NCBI GenBank assembly: GCA_000934665.2
Contig: JYFJ02003261.1
Span: forward strand, 1 to 44,431
Direction: 5' to 3'
DNA: 44,431 bases
DNA from: Catajapyx aquilonaris
Lineage: Eukaryota
In this document: positions 11,084 to 24,340 of the stretch, in pieces
How positions within the stretch are numbered: the stretch's first letter is position 1
Layout of the letters: each line of letters begins with the position of its first letter
Made by a program: the position numbers and the translations under genes
The notes under the pieces: generated by a model
Databases searched by the model: none
Told to the model about the DNA's origin: nothing
What the model saw: the letters and a program-made list of their open reading frames with translations, nothing else

Positions 11084-14000
11084 CTGTCGGAATGGGACAG
11101 GCAGAAGAGAGGAAAAAAACAAGAGGGGGAAATGTTAGAGAGATTCACCATGAAACAATCCTATCTACCACTAGGCTGTCGCGCACACAAAGCGAGAACA
11201 AAAATAAGACCTTTTTTTCAATCTTTACAAAGGTGCCAAATAGGGCGTGCAGTAGATCACTTTAAGCGGTTTAACCCAGCTCACAGAGTCCAAGAGCGTC
11301 ATAAGTGTTACCAGACTGGACAGATTTGAGTGTTTTACTGAATGAACAATTTATTGCTAAGAAAGCATCGGAACGAGCAAATACATTATGCTTCTCATGT
11401 AAATACGATCATTCCACAATAGATATTTGAAAAATTATATCACACAAGGTGGGTCATCTGGCCTCATAGTGTGATAATTCGGTAATGTAGAAACAGAACG
11501 GAACATTATTTTTCTTGCGATTGATTACTATTCGAGACTGGCCGAATTATCAAGTTTTTGGTCATTATCTGAGCACGGTTTGTGTGCGTCACTATCAATG
11601 CGATATAAAATATGTGGCATAAAACGTGATAAGTGAAGTATGGCGCTACTGTAATCTAGAATGGGGCATATAGCTGCAATGATGGCTGACTACTGTAGGT
11701 CGCAGACTAGGTTGGGCTTCTAAAGTGCTGCTGGCTCACATTCCGGCATTTTATCAAATATGCTCTGTGCCTAACTACAAAAAATACAATAAAATATGTA
11801 AAATGGTAAAAGAATAAACAGGGCCTGAAAAAAACCCTTATGCTTTTTGAGACTCACCCATAGGAAGAGACACCAAGTCACGAAGAAGAAAAGAAGGAAA
11901 GAGAAGAAATAAGTAAGATGTAGAACTGTGGATTTGGATAGTTTAGTGGGGATGTATTCTGAGGAGGTTTTACCCTTACAGCTCGACGATGACAAAAATA
12001 TTCAAAAATACGTGGCAGGCTATAATATCGGTATTTCATTTTAGCAAAATAGTCTGATTTACTTGAACTCGACTCCTTTAAAATGTGTCTACTCAGTTGC
12101 TTATTTACTTGTGCAACTTGCAATAATTACAAACATTTAGCCATTAGAGCTCACCTAGGTAATTATTATACCGCTGCTTGTGTACGATCATTACTGATAT
12201 TCACAATAAAAATTATGCAAAATCTTACGAAAGTAATTTATTTCATTGGCTGCGATAGGTGATATAGCCCATGCTTCTTGTTTCCAAATCAGAGTCTTCC
12301 ATCTGCAATAATGCAATTTCCTGACAACACCGAACTTAATGCATGACTTACAGCAATGCATTATCTACATAATATTGCACGGCGGATGAGATAGCACCGG
12401 ATAGCACAGTCGCCTATTGGAAACTCACTAAGCGAATTGGAATACCGCCTCCTTAATTTTTTTGTCACTTGTGAATAATCAGAAGCATACCAAGCTTAAA
12501 AACTCCTGCCTCGAGTATCGCAGTAAGTTTGTAATATAAATGCATCGCCTCGCTTGGAAGGGTAAAGAAAAAGTGTCGCGGCAAGAGGAAAGTGGTTGTG
12601 AGGGTTCATTTTCTGGCTTCGAAGGCCGAGGGTAGTTGAGTACACTGCGCAGAAAATTATTCTTATCGAAGGAACACTTGCGGCTGGAGATAAAGTCCAC
12701 GAACAGGCGGCACAATATATATCTCTCCCATCTGGCAACCCCCAATATTACGGTCTGACTTCCCAACTGAAACTGTAACCCATCTCCCCTTCTCCCTCAC
12801 CCTCCTAGAAATCGAAAAGGTGGGAGAGAGGTTGGAAAGACCCCCCCCCAGGGTATTGCAATTCCATTTCATTTCCATATATATCCAGTCAGCTGTCTTA
12901 ATGAGATTTAATTGAAGTTCTTGGAGTTTTTTCAAAGATTCCGAACCTCACAAAAAATGAGGCCCGGATTTTTATGCTCCTGCTGACTTATGCTATGAGA
13001 TTAAAGGCATGCAAAAACTAAGCTGTGCGTTCAAAAGTATGCAAAAGTGCAAAAGTCATGCTTTTATATGGAAAAGTGAGCACAGAAATCCGGGACACCT
13101 GTTGTACATCGGACATCCTTGACAGTGGACTGTAACTAGCGCATGGAATACTCCGTGTGACGTCGGTGCCAACTGCGCAATCAATAGCCACTGCACTCTA
13201 TTGTACTACATATGCTACATCTCACAGTGTACTCGCATTTTCATCCATATTGTCACTTGTCTTTCGCATATTTATCAGCATTTCCATCAGTTCGCTTACC
13301 CAAATTGAGGAAGTAATCTCTCAAGGCATCACCAGCATCTCACACTTGTGTGGAGATATCCGGGAAATATGGAGACAATCTGGAGCATTCCATACCGGAA
13401 TCTATGGAAATTCTGGGGAATGCAGGTAATCAGGTGGAATCTACAGAAATCCAGTTGTATTACTGTGTTCCTATAGAGATTTCCTCCTCGAGTCAGGTGT
13501 TGAAATTCAGATCCGTTTAATCATGTCCGGAACACTTGTACTGCACAGCTGCCTCGAGAACTAAATATTGATCACATCTCATTTCTTAAGCCGAAAAAGG
13601 CGCAGCAGAATTAATCCGGATCTCGTCGACTTAGGAGGAGAAAAAAAAGAAAAAAGAAGAAAAGTCGCCGACTGCTGCACGTGACAAAGAACAAGTTAGA
13701 TGCTTGGCAACAGCAGTTCCCTAAACAACTCGTGCTTCTCAATTAAGGTTCTCCATCACATGCACGCATTTGTCGGTGGGAATTATTCATACTGAGGATC
13801 AATCGAACCGGAAACTGCCTTAGACCTCTCCCCGAGTTTGCATGCAGACCCACTTCCAAACTCGTCTGTCACCATCAGTTGGGAAAGACAAGGGACAATT
13901 TTTCAACAGCTTCAAATCTAATCAGCAATTTAGTTGTGACACAAATTTTGTCGCTGAATATAACACATATATGTTTCCATTCCATCTATTAATAACGACA

Positions 14001-16744
14001 GTAAAAGTAATAGGTGAACCCAAACAACCTCTTCCTACATGAACACTTTCCCCGTTTACAGCTCATTTTCTCCAAAATGGGGAACACCCAATGTGACTTC
14101 AAATGACACGAGCAGTGCAGTGGTTTAATACTGGAGCAATTAATTTTGAGTTTGAAAATCAGCTGCTAATATTGTAAAGCTAAGTCTAAATCATCATGAC
14201 GACTTTGTGGGGAAGGGCACTAATGAAATAATTTATCTTCATTAGACATTCTCCTAGAATAAGAACATTCAGAGCCTTTTCTATCACGTCGAGGAATGAC
14301 TAATGGGCTGTTATTACTTTCTTCTCTCCTTCAAAACTATGAGTTTAGACCTAATGATATACGGTCGTGTCACTGAATATTTGCAATGTCGTGTAACATA
14401 CTATACGGAATTCCGGACTGACCAAGCCAATATGTGGCCCTGCAGCCCCTCCTCCCCATTTATGAACTCAACAAAATACAAAACACTGTAACACACTGCA
14501 TAATATATTATACTTTCGAAAGTTGAAAATTTATATTCCACTTATTGAAAGAATACCAATGCTCGCATCCACAATAATGAATGCCATCACACCTACATGC
14601 GTAAGTACACGCACATACCTATATTCTGCTCTCGTCATTATTTCCCCCATTTTAGAGAAAACCCTTACACATGCACACAGTATATTATCATTTCATTACA
14701 TGGCACAGCCACTTCTGCTACATTGCGCAGTGTCTGTGCACTTGCAATTATCCAGCTGGCCTTCCAATTCTATACTAATGTGCTGTAATTATTTGGAATT
14801 TGGATATTACTGCTGTTGGAATTTACTGCAAGTCTAGGATATTATTATGACTATCGACTTACGGCAGATGATTCACCCTGCTGCATGGCAAAGTTGTGAT
14901 TAGGGTTGGTGATTATTAGGGCAATTTATTTATGGGGGGCGGCGGGGGGGGGATGGAAATCAGCAATCAAAAAAATGCGTAAAGTATCACAAAAGTCAAT
15001 ATAGTAAAAAATATAAACAAGACAAATTAATTATTCATGGATATCTTGGACAGTAATCCTTAATTGATTTGGATATGAGCGGTACTTGTGTCTATTATAA
15101 GCAGTTAGCATTCGACTGGGAGGAACAAAAAAGATCGGAATTACACAAAAATTACTGGTCGCAGGTTACACTACAAGGTGACTCCCAAGTCACAAGTAAT
15201 TCTGCATACATGTCACGACGCGACGTGACATCAGCAAAACACTGTAAAATATGACTTGAATGTGGCGTCAAAATAGCTACTGTTACTATACGGTAGGCAA
15301 ATTTAAATATAGTGTGACTTCGGAAACATCTTGTTGGCGACTCCTACGAGCCGATCACTTACGGACAGTTATCGTCTTACAGGGATTCACTGTAACGTCA
15401 GACAATGAGAGCATTAAAAGGATTAAGCCCTTATAAGATCCTCTACGGGATAGTTGACAATATGCTCATAATATATTTCCGACTATACCTCTATCAAAAT
15501 ACATGGCGAAAATGTAGTGCCAGTTCCGGAGTAGTTAGACTGTTAGGAGGTACGACTCGGTTTTACATCATCATTAGGTTGTGCAATATTTTTCGCAGGT
15601 CACATATGGCACAACTTATAAAAATTTTTACCAATAAAAAGTGTATGCAAGCCACTGAGTTGAGATTTTGATAAAATAATGTACTATAACAGCTAAAATG
15701 AAGAACGCTATCCTTTCTGCAAGGTTTCCAACGTATTCATAGGAACGCAAGTGATGTATGAGTATTACGCGTCAAAAAAGTTCCGGTCAAAAACATCCTG
15801 GCTCTATACTACCGTAAACCCTCTATCAAAGTGACAGAGATAATAATTATTCCATCACCTTGCTATAGTGCTAATGGTTGAACAACTCCAGAATATGCCT
15901 CTCCGAAACTTCTGCTTCAAATGGTACATCACTTTCCAATGGCAATATACAGTTGCGGATGCTATAGGTATTACTAATTGCTACTGCATATTCGAATTGG
16001 AGCAGAGACATTATAGGTTTCCTACTGAACTCCCTCGAGCCTGCAACATGGACTGTCTAATCTTTTGTCCACAGTACATCAATTTCAAAGTAAATGAAGC
16101 GCACAAACGTTTGAAGCATATTTATAGTTTAGGCTACGGGTAAGTTATGCGTAGGTGGCTATATAATCCTAGGCGTAGTAGTCTCCTGAAGACTGACAGG
16201 ACATTGTAATTAGACACTAGGGTGGTCAAGTGTCTGGAAGCTTGGTACAGTGTAAATTGTATCTGAAGTGATGCTTTCATGATTATACAATCTTCTCTGT
16301 ATGGAACGCGTCCAGGCACTTACGTATACAGTACCGGTATACCAGCAAAATTTATTGCAGGACATCCAATATGCAAGACAGGGTGGTGGCAAATGTGCGT
16401 ACTTCCTCTGGGAGGTAGGCTTTTGTGACTGTCTAACATGAATTCATCCTAGTTGATATTGGCCTTTCGGAATCATTACGGAAATATAGCTGGGTAAGTA
16501 GTTTTAAATCGCGTATTTCGTATAATGAAGCCGAAATCGCAAAAATTAACTAAGGTGATTCCATCTGAGAGAAAGTCGTATAAAGCCTAACTCCCAGAGG
16601 AAGTGCAGACCTTTCACACCATACTGTATATTATGACACCTCCAACATATTGCAATGGCACACTGATGTTACTTTTCATGCTCATTGAATTACGAATTTA
16701 TAACTTGGGATTAAATGAATTGCTTGGAATGATAAGATACATAC

Positions 16745-16925
16745 GGCCGGGTGATCTTGCTTGACGTTTTGCAAGGCTTTGTTCTGCGGCGGAGGCGTTT
16801 TTGAATCGGGTGTGATGGCGCCGACGCCTCCAGAGCTGGCGGGGACCAGGGCTCCAGCTCCGGCTCCCGACGCCGAAGAAGCCGGTGACGCCGCTGTCCC
16901 TTTCCCACCTTGCGTTCCCGTGGTC
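16745..16925 (-). CDS. Syt7: Synaptotagmin-7 linker exon, 181 nt, phase 2/0
   Basis: GC-rich island translating to TTGTQGGKGTAASPASSASGAGAGALVPASSGGVGAITPDSKTPPPQNKALQNVKQDHPA. Acceptor tttcag and donor GCC|gtatgt. It splices in frame to the 11083 exon, and PPPQNKxLQNVKxxHP resembles insect Syt7 linker as recalled. Confidence 0.8.
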
Positions 16926-17058
16926 CTGAAACGTCCGTCATAGAGCATCGTCAGTCAGAATTACAGTGCACAATTCTTCTTCTTTTAAATATTTGCTTAT
17001 TAAGAGTTGTGGGACGCAACAGCAGCAGTGTGACAAGGGGTGGAGTGTAACAATTATA

Positions 17059-17580
17059 TGCCCGATTTCACCAACCTTCCTATCTGTCAGTTAATCCGCT
17101 GATTTCCTCATTAGCTTACCCCACAGACACGGGTTAAGTCCTCAGTTAGACAAATGCGTGCCAACAACCTCCTTAAACTGCGAGTGGCAGTCTGAAACCG
17201 GATAGGTTTATCGTAATGGCCCCCGACCATGATGGCAGTGTTTTCAATGGAAGGCTGGGGATATCTCCTCCTGCTAACAGGACGTAGTGTGACTTAAACA
17301 CGGTGGAATTTGACCAGTTAATACTTAAACACCTCTTCAACCTCGCGCAAGATGTACTGGGTACCTAGAAAGTGACGAGACTGCCGGCCCTTGGGGTGCC
17401 AAACGGTGACTTTTATGGCCAAGATACGAGTTTTATAGACCCAACTGGCCGCCTAAATATGCACCAAGAAAAATCCTATTTTGATCACTAGAACTGATCG
17501 TTTTCAACTTAAATGCAGCGCTCTGTTCAGTTCTTAATAATTATATTAGTAACTGTTAAAAAGGTTGGTGAAACCAGACA
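17059..17580. mobile_element. MITE, possibly PIF/Harbinger-like
   Basis: TIR tgcccgatttcaccaacctt / aaggttggtgaaaccagaca, flanked by TA-containing sites. The TSD length is ambiguous. Confidence 0.55.
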
Positions 17581-18252
17581 TAAAGGACACAACCTATAAG
17601 ACGGGACTGACATTAACCATATACGAACATAAACACAACAGTAACGGTATAGTGTACATTTTCAACATAATATATCTGGTATCAAGCTGCAGAAGAGTGG
17701 AGGTGGTACAGCACATTGCATGCGACACAGTTACACACTTAGCATCATAATACTATGACGTCAAAAATAAGCTTCGATCTACGAAATTCAGTGTAACAAG
17801 TTCAGTTTTGATGCACTGTTCGATGGATCGTGATCCGACTTTGTCGATCATTTTTTGAAGCGGTTCATTGGAATAATATGGTGAGAAGGAAGAACAACTT
17901 TGCATCTTTCCCTTGCAATGATTGGCTTTGTGTCGTAATCATCCGGAAATCCGCTCTAGTTGGATTAGGCCGTCAGGTCTTTATTCGGGAGTTATTCCTG
18001 AGTTCATATCCGAAGTATATGACGATCCTTTCCGACAAGAGACTTCTGTGCTTCCTCAAGATACGATTCTTATCCAGGAAGTTCCGGGAACCTTTTTTTA
18101 AAAACTTCCACAGTCAACACCAGATATTGTGGTTCGCTGCTCGTCGTTCAAGCTCAGCTTTGCACCCCAACTGCATTTCTGTGTACCATATATTTAGTCA
18201 TCAAAATAATAGCACATGTACAGTACACCAGGTCACATACACCACTACTATA

Positions 18253-19172
18253 GGGGAGAGCGGGACACAGTGGTCTTTTCTACTTTAAAAATATAAGAAA
18301 CCAAGCTCTTGAAGAAACCGGAATAACGTCTTCATCTGGTACCTCATGAAACAAGTCACTATTGTGCATCCTGCCAACATGACAGCCACCTGTGAGATGC
18401 CTGCGATCCTGCTGTATTAGGGGAAATCTATACTTGAAGGGTATAGTGAAGTTACTTCTAACCCACAGTGTAAATTCCATGTCAGGCGTAGATGCTGGGA
18501 ATGACCCTGATGTAAAAATGTTGTTGAATAGTGTCATCCTTTATGCATAAATGCTGAAAATTTGGAAAGCGTCATTTGCAATGGAAGCTACCATTCATAA
18601 CATCATGTCAGTTGCTTCCATCTGGGGCACAGCGGTCCATGGACCAGTGTGCACCTCTTTGTGGACGACGTACCCCTTTTGCCTCTGTACAGCAATTCTG
18701 TACAGCATCGTAGGTTCATATGCTAATGGTTTTGATAGACACTAGTATGGAATAAAGTTCATGCGCCAAAGGATGTGGCAGGACAAGGTCTACTTTCCGG
18801 AGAGAGACAATGTTGCACCTGTGTCCGCAGGTTGCAGTAACAGAAGTCCCTTTTTATTATTTCCTATTTATTTAGAGAGGTTAGATGTAGGATAAAAAAC
18901 ATATTCTTCTTGTGTGAATTAGGAGTCCAAATCACTGCCTGACGAATGATTGTGTCCCAGGCATCGGGGTAGAGTGGTCCATTTGCATAGGACAGTTTCT
19001 AAAAGATTTTAAAGCCAAATGGACGGCACTGCCTGTGAATATGTTAGTGACGTGTATTACCAATGAGTACCTCCAACATGCCGGAAAATATTGGGTATGT
19101 AGGTATAACAGGAACTCTTAGAAAAACTAAAATAGGCTATGCAAAAGTGGACCACTGTGCCCCGGTCTCCCC
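18253..19172. mobile_element. pogo-like non-autonomous element
   Basis: TIR ggggagagcgggacacagtggtc / gaccactgtgccccggtctcccc with TA on both sides (18251-18252, 19173-19174). The interior has no intact transposase. Confidence 0.75.
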
Positions 19173-21559
19173 TATACACAGTAGCCATCGCTTGCCACAC
19201 ACATACTTTTAGCAACTTTATTCGCTTTATTCGTTTGGTACGCAAACATAACAAGAGCTTCAACGCTAAGGAATTCAAGCAAAAAAATTCCTTCGCAAGA
19301 ATAGTGTTCCAACAACTTACCCCGCATTCTGTTTTATCGAAATCTCATTGCACACGGCAGTTCACACCCTCTTGGAAACGATGTACGAGTAAATTAACCC
19401 TACGAATCGGATACGCACTGGAAACCTGGCAATCCAATCGGATCGAAGTGATTCGAGTGTCCTCGGAAATGAATGGGTCCAGCCCATCCCAGGCCCAGCA
19501 CTAAATACAATGGGCTGATAATCCAATTATTTTTAATTTCCAGGTATGGACGGTCTGGGGGGGGGGGGGGNGGGCATCCGGATTTCCCACCTCCCTGCGG
19601 ATTGGCTGCCCAGGGAGAATTAATCATCATCATCCGGAACCTTCCGGGTGCTCGTCTCCCATTAGGAAATATGAGGGACCCAAAATGGGAATCGGTGCAT
19701 GTTTTTTGCCATTTTTTGCGGACAGGAGCAGGATTTATGAACATGCTTTTATGTGAGTGGGGGGAAGGAAATGTGGGCTCTGCAACATATCCAAACTCCC
19801 ACATACGCCAGTCAACCCTGAAATTTCATGTGGAAATGGTCTGGCAATTGCTCGTACATCCGACTGAAATTTTCCTCCTCACATAGAGGATGCCGCTAAA
19901 TGCACATCAGGCTCTGAATGTCAACATTTGATGCTCAGATATTTTCGTACAAGCCTCCGCATGAAAGCAAAGTCTAGTTTTTACTATGATCTAATAAGGT
20001 CTAACGTACCGTTACCCATGTTTTTTGTGCAAAGGGGCAGGTTTGGCCGTAAAAAATGAAATAACAGCAAGTCACCTCTTTTCATGACACATTAAAAACC
20101 ATGTTTATTGGCTGCACAGGATATGAGGCGAACCCTGTAAGGCCAATTACGGGATTACAATGCCAAGCATTTTCATTATTCGGGGATGAACATATCGAAG
20201 CCTTAATATTATGCACATTTCCGTAATAATAGGAGATTAGGGTTGTTGACAACGAGCTTTGTGAGAAAGCAATAAATACTGCGCGTTCTTGGTATTTGAC
20301 GCTATCAAGGGCCAGCCACGTGATTCCTGGGTTAACAATATATTGATCTAGTATAGGCTATCTCAGCCTTCATGAAATTAATACGAGGGAAAAAACTAGC
20401 AAAAAAACAACACCACGAGTGAGTGTTTGAGTCTGAAGAAGCTTCTCGGGCGTCGACTGCGTCCTCTTTTTGTCCATTATATATACACACACTTTTTGTG
20501 GACAGTGCTGGAAAGGCATGGAGCCCACCAGGCGCCTCAGCAGCCTGTCGTCGACGACGCCATAGATCCCTGTTCCGAAGCCTGGGCAACTTTTCCTTTT
20601 AAAACGCAGTCGTGTTTCCTGGGGAAACTTTTTGTTGACATTCCGCCTTCTTGAACGACGGGGGACTCCTTGCCCCCCAAAAATTCTTATTGTTGTCCCG
20701 ATTTAAAATATTTACGGTCATGTACGTGCCCGCGGTTCTGAAGACCACCACATGACTAGATCCTGGGTAAGCATTGAAGTACTATTTTTTCATGGTAGTT
20801 CCCTAACCTAGTATAAGTTATAGGCTTCAGTACAGAGTGGCGGAAGAAACTCTCGGCAGACGCAGCGTAAATAGCCCAAGGAGAACAAGTTTTATGGCGA
20901 GCAAAAGAAGGTTGCAAGTTATTTATCTCTTCACGATAAAGGCCAGTGCTCCATCGGAACCGAATGGATATAGCTAGACAAATGTGTAATATCTGGCAAA
21001 ATCTAAAATGGTGCAAATTATTTCCATAACCGTATAGCCACTACTCGCTTTTGAGATAAAAAAACTGCCACTTCTGATTCCACTCTTCGTCTGTTTTGGA
21101 ATCAGATTGATTTTGGCAATGACTAACTTGTATACAGAATTTTCCGCATGCGCAGAGCGTTCACTGCCTATTGAACCTCAGTAGAAGCATTTCGACCACT
21201 GCAGAATTGTAAAGCAGCCACAGTCAGTAATTTTACAGATAGCTTTTGAAACTCGAATAGCCGATGTTTTCTTCCACTCTAAAATCTGAGTACCGTATAC
21301 GAAAAATTGACACATTTTTTTCTGAGTCGGAGCCATTTGTTTTTAGATAGTTTTGAAATTATTTACTTAGCCTTTCAGGCCACCACATTGTAAACACAAA
21401 AATGTGCAAATTAGACAAGCTTGGAACGAATTTGGGTGAAGAATTAAGCTTGGTAAGGTGGTCATGTTCATTCTAGTGTGAGATTACTGGCAGATTACTG
21501 AAATCCTCAAACTACTCACATGCAAACAATGTCATTGTATTTGGGGCGTTTCTGACTAC

Positions 21560-21800
21560 CTATAGGAGCCGATGCCCATCCCAGGAATTCTTTTCAAGCC
21601 CGACCATAAGCCTGATGACAGTTGGTTCAATCAACACATACTGGTCAACACTTGGAACAGAAGGAGAGGCTTCCAGCGCACACTCCAAAATAGTCCATAT
21701 TTTGGCAAGTCCCTGTGGCAAAGGGATTAGCGTCCGCGTAATCAAGAGCCCGAAAGTCAAGCCTGATGTGTGTTTTGGAGGACCCCAAAAAGGGGGTCCG
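21560..21800 (-). pseudogene. Possible decayed CR1/L2-type LINE ORF2 C-terminal fragment
   Basis: FGLLITRTLIPLPQGLAKIWTILECA...IEPTVIRLMVGLEKNSWDGHRL loosely parallels the LINE post-RT pattern LGLIxRxF...LYKxLVRPILEY...IExVQRRATRxIxGLxxLSYEERL. This is by-eye similarity only. Confidence 0.3.
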
Positions 21801-22362
21801 CAGACTACCGGATATGCAAATGAGAAAAGACAGGACAACCTGGTTTTACAGTCCCGGGGAAACTGGGCTCCACTGTCGGGTAATGTTTGCAGAGGAGCAA
21901 GAGAAACAGTAGGCTGCTCGACCAAGGCAAACATCACGCCTCGATATAACATCCGGATTTTACTCAACGGCTCCGAGTTTCCCATTATGCGTGCCTCAAA
22001 ATTTCACTACTATCTCTTAATTTTAGACTGAAACAACACTGGCGCATGACAAAGGTGAAATTGAAGCATTGTTTTGCAGTTTTGATAGTTATCAGGTCAT
22101 CCTGAAACCAGAGGTTCTGTTATCTGATTGGAAATTTCACGGGAGCATCAAAGTAAAATGTTCCAAAACATTTCATCACTTTTCTTCAAATTTATAGCAA
22201 TTAATACAAATACAAATTATTATACGTATGTGGCCTACTATGCCACTAAAAATAGCACTTAGAAAATATTACACAGTCATGTAAGGCCTGTTTAGCCCAT
22301 TATCATGCGGTAAAATTCACGTCAACTACTAGGCTACTGCAAATGAAAAATGAAAGGTATTA

Positions 22363-22700
22363 CAGATAGTCCCCTGTTTACTTACGGCGATCCGTACATA
22401 CGAATAGACTTCCAAGGCTCACCGGAAGGATTTTATAATATTATCCCTCCACTTTCAATCACTTCTGCGTACGTTGACCGACACCAAGTTCAACATAAAT
22501 ACGCTATAATTAATAAATAATTGGGAAACTACGTTCTTCGAGAATGTAAACAAACACACATGACGTTAGCGGTTTGTTGGAGCAGAATCTTTAGGCTGCA
22601 TATATATGCGTTGTTCCTCAGGGATTCGAGTTACGTATACAAATCAGACTTATGGACATTTTCAGGAGCGTAACCCCGTTCGTAGACCGGGGAATTCCTG
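22363..22700. mobile_element. Tigger-like MITE
   Basis: Left ta-cagatagtcccctgtttacttacgg and right ccgttcgtagaccggggaattcctg-ta form imperfect TIRs with TA flanks. Subterminal (ga)cttac/gttacg repeats are typical of Tigger ends. Confidence 0.65.
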
Positions 22701-22748
22701 TACACGATGTAGCAAAACACAACAGATTGTGCCCTCAGTTTATGATGG

Positions 22749-23139
22749 TGTGACCGGATTTGTCCGGTCATATGTATCAGCGACATTGTATCAACTAATT
22801 TTGGCATGGCTGTACCTGATATATCACGTGACCATCGCCCACTCTAATCTCCCTCCATCCTGACGCGCACCACGTGCCTCCTATCTGCCTCGCTCCCATC
22901 CTGCCTTGCGGCCTCCCCCTTATAAGCGGGTGCAGCTGAGTACTCGAGGCCAGTTGTGCCCAGGAGAATATCCAGGCACTCGGTCAGTACGCTACTCTGG
23001 ACATTCCTCACTCTCTTTCCGTTACCATTCACCCTTTGCATTTCGTACCTATCGCCTCACGAGTCAAATAAATTACTGCAGTGTACTTGAACATACCCAC
23101 TGCGTTATTCTTCCGTGTGATCCAACCGCTCGGGTCACA
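22749..23139 (+). mobile_element. Solo LTR (391 bp), Gypsy/Ty3-like
   Basis: TG...CA ends with short inverted termini (tgtgacc / ggtcaca) and a 4-bp TSD atgg (22745-22748, 23140-23143). TATAA at 22921, initiator-like cagtt at 22951 and AATAAA at 23067. Confidence 0.85.
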
Positions 23140-23988
23140 ATGGCATTACCAGTATGCGAATTATAAAGCCAGATAATGATAGCACAAAGAGGCAGAAAAT
23201 GGGAAGAGGGATAATGATTGAGATTAATCTACTTCAGTAACATGTTGCTGGAAGATTTCGTTTTATTGAAGGTGGACAGCCAGATGAAAAGCAACCTTAC
23301 GTTTACGGATCAAGACACTCTTTCTGGATTTAGATAAAATAGATGGGACATGAACTCGATAATGCCTTAGCACTGGTAGTCTGTGGTACCTAATGGCATC
23401 AATCATTCATCAGAGTTAGAGTTAGCATGTCTAGTGTGCCATACACTAATTATATAAAAAATACTGTATATCTCATTGCGGGGCACAGAATGATACACTT
23501 AATTTTTGTGTGAGCAAAAAGTGAATATACAGTATGAGGGACATTCAGGTGAAAATGAGCCATCGTCATAGAGCAAATTTCCGGATGGGTTTCTCGCGAC
23601 ATCTTATACACAAAACTAAGGTCGTACTGGTGTAGTAAGGTAAATCCACCAATTTGTGCCCCCCCGTTTTTCTCACCCAATTTATGACTGCATATATGGA
23701 ATAAGTTAAATAATAAGAATTCAAAACATGTAGCATAGTAATAAATTAACCACTTTGGAAGCACTTCTATCTTTATTTAACAACCTGTAGTGAGGTGAAG
23801 GTCAGCGTGGTGAGTTGGTTCTCAAGAAATAAATTAGACTGTCAAGTGCTGCACAGCCACAGTGTAATATGGGGTGAAAAGTTCAAATTCCGTTACGAGC
23901 AGAGTTTCGTTTCAAAATTATTTACATGTTTATTTTAAAATGGGGAAACAGTTTGAAGGTTACAATTAGTAATTGAACTCATACTGGT

Positions 23989-24245
23989 TCTGTACTCCCG
24001 ACACCTTCCGCTGTTCAAAAAGTAGATTGCTCAACATTTCGTTGCTTCCATATCTGACTGGACGGTACTTTTGAAGGGGGGTCCTGAACAAAGGCACACT
24101 GCGACTGTGTCGAGTGATCGAATAGCCAACTGTCAGTGTGTCATAATACTACACCAGTACGACCTTCGTTTTGTGTATAAGGCGTCGCGAGAAACCCATC
24201 CTGAAATTTGCTATATGACATGGCTCGTTTTCATCTGAATGACCA
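23989..24245 (+). repeat. Dispersed repeat homologous to 8687-8960
   Basis: Shared colinear blocks: cgacacc..ttcaaaaag, tgctcaacattt, ctgaacaaaggcacactgc, cagtgtgtcataa, gagaaaccca, tttgctat, ctcgttttcat.tgaatgacc. Confidence 0.8.
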
Positions 24246-24340
24246 TTATATTGTTGGGTAGATCCTAAATCATTCCTCCATAAAAATACGGAATGGAAAG
24301 AAAGGTTCTCATGTGAATGATGTGATAGTACTGTACGTAT

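Noticed and set aside
11172..11600. Possible MITE (gcgcacacaaa / tttgtgtgcgt)
   Set aside because: The inverted match is only about 10 bp and there is no TSD.
12491..12552. Possible minus-strand cassette exon (cccttccaag acceptor, gtatgc donor)
   Set aside because: 62 nt with an in-frame stop at phase 0 and no homology; indistinguishable from a pseudo-exon.
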